A DNA stretch of 64,000 nucleotides from Treponemataceae bacterium (GTDB lineage Bacteria; Spirochaetota; Spirochaetia; Treponematales; Rectinemataceae): assembly GCA_963677895.2 (NCBI GenBank), contig CAXXGJ010000018.1, forward strand, positions 448,001 through 512,000. Reading direction: 5' to 3'. Below, piece by piece: positions 40,539-50,764 of the stretch. The position numbers and the translations under genes were made by a program. How positions within the stretch are numbered: the first letter of the stretch is position 1; every line of letters begins with the position of its first letter. Under the pieces are notes generated by a model. That model saw only the letters and a program-made list of their open reading frames with translations. It ran no database searches and had not been told where the DNA came from.

Positions 40539-42083
40539 ATGGATGAAAAGCTTAAAGAGCTTGAAGAGCGGCGCGCCAAGGTGCTTGCGGGCGGTGGCCC
40601 CAAGCGCATTGCGGCCCAGCACGCGAAAGGCAAGAAGACGGCGCGAGAAAGGATTGAGGCTCTTCTTGACCAGGGATCCTTTGTCGAACTGGATGCCTTT
40701 GTCGAGCATCGCTGCACTGATTTGGGGATGAACGAAGTTCAGGCTCCCGGAGAGGGTGTGGTGATCGGTTACGGAACCATCAATGGCAGAACCGTCTATG
40801 TATTCGCCCAGGATTTTACCGTCATCGGTGGATCCCTTGGCGAGATGCACGCGGCGAAGATCTGCAAAGCCATGGATATGGCGGTAAAAGTCGGTTGCCC
40901 CTGCATTGGGATCAACGATTCCGGCGGAGCGAGAATCCAGGAAGGCGTGGACGCCCTATCCGGATACGGCGACATTTTCTACCGCAACACATTAGCTTCT
41001 GGTGTAGTGCCGCAGATTTCCGTGATAATGGGACCCTGCGCGGGCGGCGCCGTCTATTCCCCAGCGCTCACGGACTTTGTCTTTATGACCGAGGGCTCCT
41101 CGAACATGTTCATCACCGGTCCCCAGGTCATTAAGGCCGTTACCGGCGAAGACGTCTCCGCGGAAGATCTCGGCGGCGCTCGTGTCCATACCGAAATCTC
41201 GGGCGTATCCCAGTTCCGCTTCAAGGACGAGGATGCGACCATCGAAGGCATCAGGAAACTCCTCTCCTTCCTGCCCCAGAACAACATCGAGGACGCGCCT
41301 CTCGTAAAGAATGGCGACGAACCTTTCAGGGCAGATCCCGAACTCGCCAATATCATGCCCGATTCGCCCAATAAACCCTACGATGTCCGCAGCGTCATCG
41401 AGCGCGTTGTCGACCTGGGCGATTATCTTGAGGTTCAGCCCGATTATGCCAGGAATATCGTCACCTGCTTTGCCCGCCTGGGCGGTAGATCGGTAGGCAT
41501 CATCGCCAATCAGCCCGCCGTCATGGCAGGCGTTCTCGATATCAACGCTTCGGATAAAGCCTCTCGCTTCATCCGTTTCTGCGACTCCTTCAACATTCCC
41601 CTCGTGACCTTCACCGACACCGCGGGATACCTCCCCGGCGTGGGACAGGAACACGGCGGCGTCATCAGGCACGGAGCCAAGCTCCTCTACGCTTATTCGG
41701 AAGCCACCGTCCCGAAGCTGACCGTCATCCTGAGGAAGGCTTACGGCGGCGCCTATATAGCCATGTGCTCCCGCCACCTCGGGGCCGATCAGGTTCTAGC
41801 TTGGCCGACGGCGGAAATCGCGGTCATGGGTCCGGACGGAGCGGCCAACATCATCTTCAAGAAAGAGATCGATGAGGCGGCCGATCCCGCCGCGGCCAGG
41901 AAGGAAAAAATCGCCGAGTACAAGACAAGCTTCGCCAACCCTTATAAGGCGGCGGTGAGAGGCTATGTCGACGACGTGATCGATCCGGCCCAGACCAGGG
42001 CCCGGCTCTGCTCGGCGCTGACCATGTTGCTCGGCAAACGGCAGACGCTCCCCGCGCGCAAGCACGGGAACATGCCCGTCTGA
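40539..42083 (+). CDS. mmdA: Methylmalonyl-CoA decarboxylase alpha subunit (acyl-CoA carboxyltransferase)
   Basis: KTARERI..LLD, QDFTVIGGS, DSGGARIQEG, GPCAGGAVY, RKAYGGAY and KHGNMP; start set at ATG 40539. Confidence 0.9.
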   Translation: MDEKLKELEERRAKVLAGGGPKRIAAQHAKGKKTARERIEALLDQGSFVELDAFVEHRCTDLGMNEVQAPGEGVVIGYGTINGRTVYVFAQDFTVIGGSLGEMHAAKICKAMDMAVKVGCPCIGINDSGGARIQEGVDALSGYGDIFYRNTLASGVVPQISVIMGPCAGGAVYSPALTDFVFMTEGSSNMFITGPQVIKAVTGEDVSAEDLGGARVHTEISGVSQFRFKDEDATIEGIRKLLSFLPQNNIEDAPLVKNGDEPFRADPELANIMPDSPNKPYDVRSVIERVVDLGDYLEVQPDYARNIVTCFARLGGRSVGIIANQPAVMAGVLDINASDKASRFIRFCDSFNIPLVTFTDTAGYLPGVGQEHGGVIRHGAKLLYAYSEATVPKLTVILRKAYGGAYIAMCSRHLGADQVLAWPTAEIAVMGPDGAANIIFKKEIDEAADPAAARKEKIAEYKTSFANPYKAAVRGYVDDVIDPAQTRARLCSALTMLLGKRQTLPARKHGNMPV

Positions 42084-42097
42084 CCGGGGGAGGCAGC

Positions 42098-42457
42098 ATG
42101 TACAATCAATGGATGATAATGTTCGCTGGCGTAGCCACTGTATTCGTGGCACTTGTCGTCATTATCGCAATGCTCGAAGTATTCCATATTGTTTTCGGAA
42201 AACGTCTCGAAAAAAAGCGGCCGGATTTGGCGCCTCTTCCCGAAATCCACAGTCATGCCGCGCCGCCGGCGCACAGCCCTGCCCAAACATCGCAGCCCGG
42301 CGGTGAACTCGTGGCCGTTATAACCGCTGCCATCTCTGCAGCTACAGGCAAGGCTCCAACGGCTTTTCTTATCAACTCAATCAGCGCTTCATCCGAAGCG
42401 GGAAGCGGTTTCAATACCCCGATATGGGGCCAGATCGAGCGACTCGCTCGCAAATGA
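42098..42457 (+). CDS. mmdD: Na+-translocating decarboxylase delta subunit (OadG/MmdD-like)
   Basis: N-terminal TM (G..TVF..L), Pro/Ala linker, [10 protein letters not shown] helix and C-terminal W. Confidence 0.8.
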   Translation: MYNQWMIMFAGVATVFVALVVIIAMLEVFHIVFGKRLEKKRPDLAPLPEIHSHAAPPAHSPAQTSQPGGELVAVITAAISAATGKAPTAFLINSISASSEAGSGFNTPIWGQIERLARK

Positions 42458-42476
42458 GCATTACAAGGAGAATACT

Positions 42477-42887
42477 ATGAAACAGTATAAAGTAACCGTG
42501 AATGGCCAGAACTATGATGTGATCGTCGAGGAAGTCGGCGTTGCCGGAATTTCCGCCCCAAGAGCCGCCGCTCCGGCAGCCCCAGTCGCCCCTGCCCCAG
42601 TAGCGGCAGCTGCACCCGCCGCCGCCCCCGCCGCGGCACCTGCCGCCACCTCGACTTACGTCCCATCCGCGGGAGCCATCACCGTCAAATCGCCGATGCC
42701 GGGCACCGTCCTGTCTTTCAAGGTAATCGAAGGCCAAGAAGTGAAGCGCGGCGACGTGCTCCTTATCCTCGAAGCCATGAAAATGGAAAACGAGATCGTT
42801 GCTCCCCAGGCGGGTAAAGTCGCCGCACTTAGGGTTCCCGTCAGCGCTTCTGTCAATACCGGCGATCCACTCGTCGATCTCACCTAA
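42477..42887 (+). CDS. mmdC: Biotin carboxyl carrier subunit
   Basis: YKVTVNG..YDV N-terminus, Ala/Pro linker and EAMKM. Confidence 0.9.
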   Translation: MKQYKVTVNGQNYDVIVEEVGVAGISAPRAAAPAAPVAPAPVAAAAPAAAPAAAPAATSTYVPSAGAITVKSPMPGTVLSFKVIEGQEVKRGDVLLILEAMKMENEIVAPQAGKVAALRVPVSASVNTGDPLVDLT

Positions 42888-42902
42888 AGGGGAGGCGTCC
42901 CC

Positions 42903-44033
42903 ATGCTTGAATTTTTGACAGAGTTCGTTCAGTCGACCGGATTCGCCAATCTAGACCTCGGTCAGCTTCTTATGCTGATTGTCAGCTGTATTCTCCTCTA
43001 CCTTGGGATCTACAGGAAATATGAACCACTGCTTCTGGTTCCCATCGCTTTCGGCATGCTTCTCGCCAACCTTCCTCTCTCAGGCATCACCGACGGCCCG
43101 ATAGGAAACCAGCCCGGCGGCCTCATCTATTATCTCTACCAGGGCGTAAAGTTAGGCATATATCCGCCTCTCATCTTCCTGGGCATCGGAGCGATGACCG
43201 ATTTTGGCCCTCTCATTGCGAATCCTTCCAGCCTTCTCCTGGGAGCGGCCGCCCAGATCGGCATTTTCATCCCCTTCATTCTTGCAACCTACCTGGGTTT
43301 CGATCTTAAGGCCGCGGCGAGTATTGGCATCATTGGCGGAGCGGACGGCCCGACAGCTATCTACCTGACATCCCGCCTCAAGCCGGAAATGCTGGGGCCT
43401 ATAGCGATCGCCGCTTACTCCTACATGGCTCTTGTTCCCCTCATTCAGCCGCCCATAATGAGAGCGCTCACCACTCCCAAGGAAAGAGCGGTCAAGATGG
43501 CCCAGCTACGCGAGGTTACAAAGACCGAAAAAATCGTGTTTCCCATTGCGGTGACGCTTTTCGTCGGCCTACTTCTTCCCTCCGCCGTCCCTCTTGTCGG
43601 CGCCTTGATGCTTGGAAACCTTTTCAAGGAGACCGGCTCGACCGGCAGGCTTTCCGAAACCGCCCAACATGAGCTGATCAACATCCTTACGATTTTCCTC
43701 GGCGTCGCGGTCGGCTCCACGGCAACCGCAGAACGCTTCCTGAATCCCGAAACATTGAAGATCATCGTTCTCGGACTCTTCGCCTTCTCCTGCGGTACGG
43801 CAGGCGGCGTCCTTTTCGGGAAATTGATGTATCTGGTAACGGGGGGTAAGGTCAACCCGCTCATCGGCTCGGCGGGTGTATCTGCGGTTCCGATGGCCGC
43901 TCGTGTTTCCCAGGTTGTCGGCGCGGAAACCGATCCGACAAACTTCCTGCTCATGCACGCCATGGGACCCAATGTCTCAGGCGTCATTGGCTCCGCCGTG
44001 GCTGCCGGCGTTTTACTGACGATACTTGGATAA
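42903..44033 (+). CDS. mmdB: Na+-translocating decarboxylase beta subunit
   Basis: [35 protein letters not shown] and AMGPNV. Confidence 0.93.
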   Translation: MLEFLTEFVQSTGFANLDLGQLLMLIVSCILLYLGIYRKYEPLLLVPIAFGMLLANLPLSGITDGPIGNQPGGLIYYLYQGVKLGIYPPLIFLGIGAMTDFGPLIANPSSLLLGAAAQIGIFIPFILATYLGFDLKAAASIGIIGGADGPTAIYLTSRLKPEMLGPIAIAAYSYMALVPLIQPPIMRALTTPKERAVKMAQLREVTKTEKIVFPIAVTLFVGLLLPSAVPLVGALMLGNLFKETGSTGRLSETAQHELINILTIFLGVAVGSTATAERFLNPETLKIIVLGLFAFSCGTAGGVLFGKLMYLVTGGKVNPLIGSAGVSAVPMAARVSQVVGAETDPTNFLLMHAMGPNVSGVIGSAVAAGVLLTILG

Positions 44034-44050
44034 GAAACAAGAATCGGCGC

Positions 44051-44079
44051 AAGCGGTCCCTTCAGGGACCGCTTTTTTT
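44051..44079 (+). terminator. Intrinsic terminator of the mmd genes
   Basis: AAGCGGTCCC-TTCA-GGGACCGCTTTTTTT. Confidence 0.9.
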
Positions 44080-44247
44080 ATGCTGTTTAATCAAAAATTT
44101 TGAATTTTATGTTTCTATCTATAAGATTGAGACCAAAAATTGCCGCCTTTCTCTTTCCCGGCATAGACTGACATGCTATAGTTCTCGAAATTCTGGTATA
44201 TTTATACTTTTTCGATGGGTTTTTCCATCGCAACCTGGAGAATAGTG

Positions 44248-46686
44248 ATGAATGTGCTTAAATTCGGCGGCGCTTCGGTAGGAAGCGTCGAAGCGATCGG
44301 AAACCTGGTCGAGATTGTCAGGGCGGGTAACGAGAAGATCATCGTCGTTTCGGCTTTCGCCGGCGTCACGGACGAGTTGATCCGCGCCGCGAAACGAGCC
44401 GAGAAACGCGCCGATTACCTGCCTGTTCTCGAAACGCTTCGCTCCAGGCACAAAACCGTGGCCGAGCATTTCCTGAGGGACAAAGCGGCTACCGCCGCTC
44501 TCTCCGAGATAGACGCCCATTTTATGGAGTTGAGCGACTTCCTGCGGGGCATAGAACTCCTGAGGGATCTGACGAAGCGCAGCCTCGACCAGATCATGAG
44601 CGTCGGCGAACGCCTCTCCGCCGCCCTGATCGCCCGAATCCTGACGGCGGGGGAGATACCGGCCCGGTACGTCGACGCGCGCGAACTAATCAGGACCGAC
44701 GCCAATTTCGGCTCGGCCCGCTATCTCGAGGGTGAAACCCGCCAGCTTGTCGCGGCGAGGCTGCCCGCAATCGACGCCGCGGCCGTCATACCCGGATTCA
44801 TCGGCTCGACGACGGAAGGTTTCACCACGACGCTGGGGAGGGGAGGCTCCGATTTCACGGCCAGCATCATTGGCTCCTGCCTCGGCGCCGACGAGATAAG
44901 GATATGGTCCGATGTGGACGGCATGCTCACGGCCGATCCCCAGCTGGTGGCCGACGCCTTCCTGATCCATGAAATTTCCTATGAAGAAGCCCTCGAAATG
45001 ACCCATTTCGGGGCGAAGGTAGTGAATCCCCCGGCCCTTCTGCCGGCCATGGAGTCGGGCATCCCCATCAGGATACTCAACGCCTTCAATACTTCGGGCA
45101 AGGGCACGCTGATCGTGAAACAGGCAGGGAAGAGCGACTATCCCGTCCGTGGGCTGGCGTCCATACCCGCGGTCAGCTTGCTCAGCATTCGCGGCATCGG
45201 GATGCCCGGCGTGACCGGCATCGCCGGCCGGATGTTCGGCGCCCTGGCCCGCTCCAGGATAAACGTGATACTCATAACGCAGGCATCGAGCGAGCTCTCG
45301 ATCTGCTGCGCGATAGATCCAGAGGACGCGATCGACGGCCGGCGGGCGCTCAGGGAGGAATTCGCCCTTGAGATAGCCGCCGGATTCATCGGCGAGCCGT
45401 CGATAGAGAGCGAACTGTGCGTCATCGCCGTCGTGGGCGAGCAGATGAAGCAGAGAACGGGCATAGCCGGAAGGGTCTTCTCCGCGCTGGGGAGGAATGG
45501 CGTCAACGTCGTGGCCATCGCCCAGGGCTCTTCCGAGCTCAATATCTCCATCGTGACTTCCGCCCAGAACAGGGCGAAAGCGCTGAACGTCATCCACGAT
45601 TCCTTCTTCCTCGCCGGAATCAGGACGGTCAACCTCTTCATGGTCGGCACCGGCCTGATAGGCGGAACCCTTCTCGCCCAGATCGCCGACCAGAGAGAGC
45701 GGCTCCTCAGGGAACATTCCATTCGGATCAACCTCGTGGGGCTCGCCAATTCCAGGAAGATGATCATCGACCCGAGGGGCATCGACGAGACCGACTGGAA
45801 GAAAAGCCTTTCCGAAGGCAGGGCGGCGGATTTCGGCCGCTACGTGGATGCGATCAAGGCCCTCAACCTGCCCTCGGCCTGCTTCTGCGACTGCACGGCC
45901 AGCGAGCTGCCCCCCGATCACTACAAGGAGCTCTTCGAAGCCTCCATTTCCGTCGTCACGCCCAACAAGCGCGCCAATGCCGGTCCGTTCGAGCGTTACC
46001 ACGCCCTGAAGGAAGCCGCCCGCCAGATGGACGTCGCGTACGGCTATGAGACCACCGTGGGCGCCGGCCTGCCCGTCATCGGCACCCTCCACGACCTCGT
46101 GGCCTGCGGCGACAGCATCGCCAGGATAGAAGCCGTCCTTTCGGGGACCGTCAGTTTTATCTTCAATCAGCTAGGCAGGGGCAAGAGCTTTTCCTCCCTC
46201 GTCCTCGAAGCCAAGGAAAAGGGCTATACCGAGCCCGATCCCCGGGACGACCTGGGCGCCATCGATATCGCGCGAAAGACGCTGATCCTCATACGGGAAG
46301 CGGGATTCCGTCTCGACTACAAGGATATAGCCATACAGCCTCTCCTCCCGGAGAGCCTGACGAAGGCGCCCAGCGTGGAAAAGTTCCTGTCGATGCTGCC
46401 CGAAGCCGACGAAACGATCGACGGGATGGCGAAGGATGCCGCTTCGCGAGGCAAAGTGCTGCGTTACGTAGCTACGATCCAGCCCGATTCAGCCTCGCTT
46501 TCCCTGCGGGAATACGGCCCCGAGAGCCCCTTCTACAACCTGAGCGGCACCGACAATCTCGTCATGTTCACGACGGCCCGCTACTCGGCCAATCCGCTCG
46601 TGGTGCGCGGTCCCGGCGCCGGCGCCGCGGTTACGGCCGGCGGCGTCTTCGCGGACATTCTGAAGACGGCTCAGTCCTATCTGTAA
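44248..46686 (+). CDS. thrA: Bifunctional aspartate kinase / homoserine dehydrogenase I
   Basis: VLKFGG, TTLGRGGSD, two ACT domains, GTGLIG, YETTVGAGLP, GYTEPDPRDD and GPGAG. Confidence 0.95.
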   Translation: MNVLKFGGASVGSVEAIGNLVEIVRAGNEKIIVVSAFAGVTDELIRAAKRAEKRADYLPVLETLRSRHKTVAEHFLRDKAATAALSEIDAHFMELSDFLRGIELLRDLTKRSLDQIMSVGERLSAALIARILTAGEIPARYVDARELIRTDANFGSARYLEGETRQLVAARLPAIDAAAVIPGFIGSTTEGFTTTLGRGGSDFTASIIGSCLGADEIRIWSDVDGMLTADPQLVADAFLIHEISYEEALEMTHFGAKVVNPPALLPAMESGIPIRILNAFNTSGKGTLIVKQAGKSDYPVRGLASIPAVSLLSIRGIGMPGVTGIAGRMFGALARSRINVILITQASSELSICCAIDPEDAIDGRRALREEFALEIAAGFIGEPSIESELCVIAVVGEQMKQRTGIAGRVFSALGRNGVNVVAIAQGSSELNISIVTSAQNRAKALNVIHDSFFLAGIRTVNLFMVGTGLIGGTLLAQIADQRERLLREHSIRINLVGLANSRKMIIDPRGIDETDWKKSLSEGRAADFGRYVDAIKALNLPSACFCDCTASELPPDHYKELFEASISVVTPNKRANAGPFERYHALKEAARQMDVAYGYETTVGAGLPVIGTLHDLVACGDSIARIEAVLSGTVSFIFNQLGRGKSFSSLVLEAKEKGYTEPDPRDDLGAIDIARKTLILIREAGFRLDYKDIAIQPLLPESLTKAPSVEKFLSMLPEADETIDGMAKDAASRGKVLRYVATIQPDSASLSLREYGPESPFYNLSGTDNLVMFTTARYSANPLVVRGPGAGAAVTAGGVFADILKTAQSYL

Positions 46687-46740
46687 AGAACGATTCTGTT
46701 TCCGTCGCGTATCAAATCGTGGTGCCATATATATGAAGAA

Positions 46741-46772
46741 ACCCAGCGGTTCAGTTACATGAACCGCTGGGT
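46741..46772. terminator. 13-bp inverted repeat between convergent thrA and TRAP permease genes
   Basis: ACCCAGCGGTTCA-GTTACA-TGAACCGCTGGGT. Confidence 0.7.
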
Positions 46773-46834
46773 CTCTGATCTATTGAGCCGTTGGCGCCCC
46801 GCTGATTTTTATCTGCAGCCGCTACCTGCTATAC

Positions 46835-48871
46835 TCAGGCGACCACACTTGGGCTGGCTGTCTTTTTCGCTTTTGATATCTGCAAAAGGACGACTGCCAG
46901 GAGTAGGACAGCGCCGATAGAATCGGTCAGGAGCCCTGGTGTGACCAGACCGAGTCCCCCCAAAAACGCCAGAATTCTTTCATACCACTTCATGTTCGTG
47001 AGCATATATCCTTCAGCGCCCATCGCGACACCGATGATGCCGATAATGGATGAGATAATCATCCAGATCATCTGCACGGGATGATCAGATACGCCGAAAA
47101 GAAGCATTTGGGGATTAAAGACGAAAATGAACGGGATGATGAAGGCCGCGATGCCCAGCTTTGTCGCCTGAATGCCAGTCTTTATCGGATCGCATTTGGC
47201 GATCGCCGCGCCGGCGAAAGCTGCCAGGCAGACTGGCGGCGTGATATCGGCCAGTACGCCAAAATAAAAAGCGAACATGTTGGCGGAAAGTACAATGGCC
47301 GCTGAATCTGGCGGGAAGGCATATCCTGCCGTATGGTTGAGAATCATGATGATCGCCGGAGCGGCTATCGTGGAGGTGATGACATAGTTGGCCGTAGTGG
47401 GGACGCCCATGCCGAGAATAAGGGAAGTAAACATGGTGAAGATGAGCGTCAGCATGAGATTGTTGTGTGCGGCGGCGACCAGGACTTCGCCGAGTTTCAG
47501 GCCGAGACCGGTCTTCGTCACTACGCCAGTGATGATGCCGGCGCATGCGCAGGCCGCGATAATACCAAGGGCGCCCCTGGCTCCGGATTCGAGCGAGTTG
47601 ACTATGTCCATGAAGACAAACGTCGCCTTTTGACCTCTGATTAAATTGACGACCGAGACGATGCCTGCGACTGCCACGGAGATGATGATCGCCCACAAGG
47701 CCGCCTTCATTGGGGTTGCGCCCGAGGTGAGAAGGTAGATGATCGCGACCAAAGGAAGCATCAGATAGCCCTTTTTAAAAAGGAGATCCTTGGCTTTGGG
47801 CAATTCTTCGCGCTTCAGGCCTTTGAGACCTAGCTTTTTGGCTTCGAAATGAACTTGCGTGAATACGGCAAAGAAATAGAGCAGGGCGGGAATCGCGGCG
47901 GCGAGGGCAATTCGCCCATAGGGGACACCCGTGAATTCCGCCATGAGGAAGGCTGCGGCGCCCATGATGGGGGGCATTAGCTGTCCGCCAGTCGAGGCTG
48001 TGGCTTCGACTGCGCCTGCAAATTCAGGTTTGTAGCCTAGCTTTTTCATCATTGGAATGGTGAAGGATCCCGTTCCTACGACGTTGCCGACAGATGAGCC
48101 GGAGACTGTTCCCATGAGAGCGCTGGAGATGACCGCTACTTTCGCGGGGCCTCCTGATGCCCACCCTGCGAGGGAGTTGGCGATGTCAATGAAGAATTGG
48201 CCAAGACCCGTTTTCTCGAGGAATGAGCCAAAGAGGATGAACAGGAATATAAAGGTACTCGACACGCCTATTGGCGTACCAAATATGCCTTCCGTCGTGA
48301 ACCAGAGGTGCTCGATCAATCCATCGACCGTAACGCCCCTGTGCGCCATCTTGCCTGGAATATAGGGACCAGCGAATGCGTAGGCGATGAAGACGAGGGC
48401 AACGATGACCATCGGGAGTCCGACGACGCGGCGAGTCGCCTCAAGCACGAGCAGGACGCCGACGATTCCTATCGCGATGTCGAGCGGGGTCGGAGTTCCC
48501 GAACGCTGTGACAGCGTATTCGTCCACAATATGGTTATATAGAGAGGAGCCGCCGCGCCCAACACCGAGAGGACCGCATCGAGGGGATGTAATTTTTTCC
48601 TGGACCATTTCTTGCTCGTCGGGTAGAAAAGAAAGATGAGGCAAAACGCGAAGCCTACATGGATCGAACGCTGCATCATGGCGTCGAGTACACCAAAGCC
48701 GGCCGTATACAGCTGAAAAACTGAAAAGACGATACAGAGCGCGGCTATCATCTTGCCAAAGAATCCCGCAAACTGCCGGTAATCCGATTCCTTATCGAAT
48801 TTTCGCATTATCTCCTGGGCATCGACGGGTGTGTCAGTAGCCTTTGCTTCGACTTCTGGTTTTTCACTCAT
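46835..48871 (-). CDS. TAXI-type TRAP transporter fused permease (4TM/12TM)
   Basis: GGPAKVAV, SGSSVGN, ASTGGQLMPP.MGA, LGMGVPT and ADITPPV. Confidence 0.93.
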   Translation of the reverse strand: MSEKPEVEAKATDTPVDAQEIMRKFDKESDYRQFAGFFGKMIAALCIVFSVFQLYTAGFGVLDAMMQRSIHVGFAFCLIFLFYPTSKKWSRKKLHPLDAVLSVLGAAAPLYITILWTNTLSQRSGTPTPLDIAIGIVGVLLVLEATRRVVGLPMVIVALVFIAYAFAGPYIPGKMAHRGVTVDGLIEHLWFTTEGIFGTPIGVSSTFIFLFILFGSFLEKTGLGQFFIDIANSLAGWASGGPAKVAVISSALMGTVSGSSVGNVVGTGSFTIPMMKKLGYKPEFAGAVEATASTGGQLMPPIMGAAAFLMAEFTGVPYGRIALAAAIPALLYFFAVFTQVHFEAKKLGLKGLKREELPKAKDLLFKKGYLMLPLVAIIYLLTSGATPMKAALWAIIISVAVAGIVSVVNLIRGQKATFVFMDIVNSLESGARGALGIIAACACAGIITGVVTKTGLGLKLGEVLVAAAHNNLMLTLIFTMFTSLILGMGVPTTANYVITSTIAAPAIIMILNHTAGYAFPPDSAAIVLSANMFAFYFGVLADITPPVCLAAFAGAAIAKCDPIKTGIQATKLGIAAFIIPFIFVFNPQMLLFGVSDHPVQMIWMIISSIIGIIGVAMGAEGYMLTNMKWYERILAFLGGLGLVTPGLLTDSIGAVLLLAVVLLQISKAKKTASPSVVA

Positions 48872-48891
48872 GCGGATGGTCCCTCCTGGTT

Positions 48892-49404
48892 TTATTGTAT
48901 TGATGTCGCCTTAGCGACCAAAAACAACTGGGTTTCCTGGGGAACCCAGTTGGTGAAAGGATAGAAATGATCATCAACGGCGATTCCGTGCCCTTCGACG
49001 ATAGAAACCATCACGGGGATGACAGCGAAATCGCGCGACATGTCCAAAATGAATTTGCCGCCGACGAGGTGATATCCACCTTCGGCGTCGGCCGGCATGC
49101 CCACTCCCGAACTCTCATACTCCAGCTCGAACAGATGCAAAATTAGCGTTCCGTCCGGGCCGGCGACAACCGTAAAGCGTTCTACCACGGGTGTCAGGTG
49201 GTAAGAATGCACGAAGACGTGGTCGAAGCGATTATTACGCAGAGGAATTTCTGCGATGATTCGTGATTCGCGGTCCGATACGATCAAAATAATAGGGCCG
49301 GCCGTCGATCCGATCTGCTGCGATGTGTCCTGCGCGAAAACGGGTGGAATGCGGACCGCCAGCGACAAGAACGCGGCGATTACCGCAAATATTGCCCGTT
49401 TCAT
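48892..49404 (-). CDS. DUF1850-like accessory protein of TAXI-TRAP operons
   Basis: Signal peptide, HS...TPV.E and GVGMP; typical position between binding protein and permease. Confidence 0.7.
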   Translation of the reverse strand: MKRAIFAVIAAFLSLAVRIPPVFAQDTSQQIGSTAGPIILIVSDRESRIIAEIPLRNNRFDHVFVHSYHLTPVVERFTVVAGPDGTLILHLFELEYESSGVGMPADAEGGYHLVGGKFILDMSRDFAVIPVMVSIVEGHGIAVDDHFYPFTNWVPQETQLFLVAKATSIQ

Positions 49405-49415
49405 TTTGTTGCTCC

Positions 49416-49446
49416 AAAAACAGGCGCTAGCATGATTACTAGCGCC
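49416..49446 (-). terminator. Intra-operon hairpin after the TAXI binding-protein gene
   Basis: GGCGCTAG/CTAGCGCC stem followed by TGTTTTT on the minus strand. Confidence 0.55.
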
Positions 49447-49506
49447 CGCTTACTTGAATTCTTTCAATAAATCTGAAAAACATGGTAACGGGAAGCGAGA
49501 ATAAAA

Positions 49507-50442
49507 TTATTTATTCTCCTTGAAGAACTTCTCGGCACCTGGATGCAGCGGGATGGACATTCCATCGGTTCCCGTGGCGATGGTGGCGTCGGCGCCTTTC
49601 TTATGCGACGCGGCAAGGCGTTCCCTGTTGGCATACATGGTCTTGAGAAGGTCATAGACGAGCTGGGCGTCGAGCTTGGAGCTGACGGCGAGCATGGACT
49701 TCACGGAGACAGTCCAGACATCGGAAGTCTGGCCCATGTAGGTGCCGGCGGCGAGTTTTTCGGGCGTATAGAACTGATATTTTCCCATGAGTTTCTTCGC
49801 CACTTCTCCGTCGATCGCGACGATCGTGATTTTCTTGGAAGCGCCGAGGTCCTGGATGGCCGCGGTCGGGGCTCCGGCGGTGTTGAATGCCGCGTCGATG
49901 TTCCCGTCTTTCAGGTTGGATGCGGATTCGGCGAAGGACAGATACTGAACCTTGATGTCGGCATAGGAAAGTCCGGCCGCTTCGAGCACCTGGCGAGCGT
50001 TGAGTTCGACGCCCGATCCGGCCGCGCCCACTGAGACTCTCTTGCCTTTGAGATCGGCGACGGTTTTGATGCCGGAATCCTGGAGGGCGATGAGCTGGAC
50101 CGTCTCGTTGTAGATGCAGGCGAGTCCGCGGATGTTCTTGGTGCCCTTGCCCTTGTAGATTTCGAGATCGTTGAGAGCGTAATAAGCGGCGTCGTTCTGC
50201 ACGAAGATGACATCGACTTCGCCCTTGGCGAGCATGGCGATGTTGGCGGCGGAAGCGCCCGTCGCGGTGGCGTTGGCGTTCATCTTGGGGATATTCTTGT
50301 TCCAGATCTCGGCGAGAGCTCCGCCGAGGGGGAAGTAGGTTCCGGCAGTACCACCGGTCGCGATGGTGAGGAACTTCTGCTGAGCGGAAACGCTGCCTAC
50401 GATAGCCAGCAAGCAGAACAACATTGCCAATAGCTTCTTCAT
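49507..50442 (-). CDS. TAXI family TRAP transporter solute-binding protein
   Basis: IATGGTAGTYFP.GG, DLKGKRVSVGA.GSG and IPLHPGA; start ATG 50442 behind GGAGG. Confidence 0.93.
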   Translation of the reverse strand: MKKLLAMLFCLLAIVGSVSAQQKFLTIATGGTAGTYFPLGGALAEIWNKNIPKMNANATATGASAANIAMLAKGEVDVIFVQNDAAYYALNDLEIYKGKGTKNIRGLACIYNETVQLIALQDSGIKTVADLKGKRVSVGAAGSGVELNARQVLEAAGLSYADIKVQYLSFAESASNLKDGNIDAAFNTAGAPTAAIQDLGASKKITIVAIDGEVAKKLMGKYQFYTPEKLAAGTYMGQTSDVWTVSVKSMLAVSSKLDAQLVYDLLKTMYANRERLAASHKKGADATIATGTDGMSIPLHPGAEKFFKENK

Positions 50443-50502
50443 TGAAACCTCCATAAATAACATTGACCTTAGCCAGCCTTAGAGCGCTGTCCTAACGTCA
50501 TC

Positions 50503-50531
50503 AGTATAGAATGGAATTGGCTATCCGGCAA
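50503..50531 (-). promoter_or_regulatory. Putative promoter of the TAXI-TRAP operon
   Basis: Minus strand TTGCCG-N17-TATACT. Confidence 0.6.
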
Positions 50532-50576
50532 TCGGCAATTTCTGATTTAGGCTTTAAGGAGTGGATGCGGCAATTA

Positions 50577-50660
50577 ATAAAAAGAAGGCTTCCGAAGAAG
50601 GAGGCACAACCCGGAAACCTTCATATCCGATACTTGGGCTTAGCCTGCGTAAAGGGATAC
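50577..50660 (-). ncRNA. Candidate small RNA with an anti-SD sequence in its terminator loop
   Basis: Promoter TTGACC-N18-TATATT (50694-50665), 11-bp stem 50622-50612/50594-50584, loop containing CCUCCUU, U5 tail, no ORF. Confidence 0.5.
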
Positions 50661-50764
50661 CAAGAATATAGCGAAAAGCGAAAATGATGGTCAATACTTT
50701 ATCGATAAAAAAAGCTCTTTAGATTCTGTTTTTAGGCCCTAGGGCGTGACTCATCTGGGCTGTC

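Noticed and set aside
44080..44247. Thr attenuator or T-box before thrA
   Set aside because: No Thr/Ile-rich leader peptide, no T-box motif and no terminator; only a small hairpin CGATGG/CCATCG.
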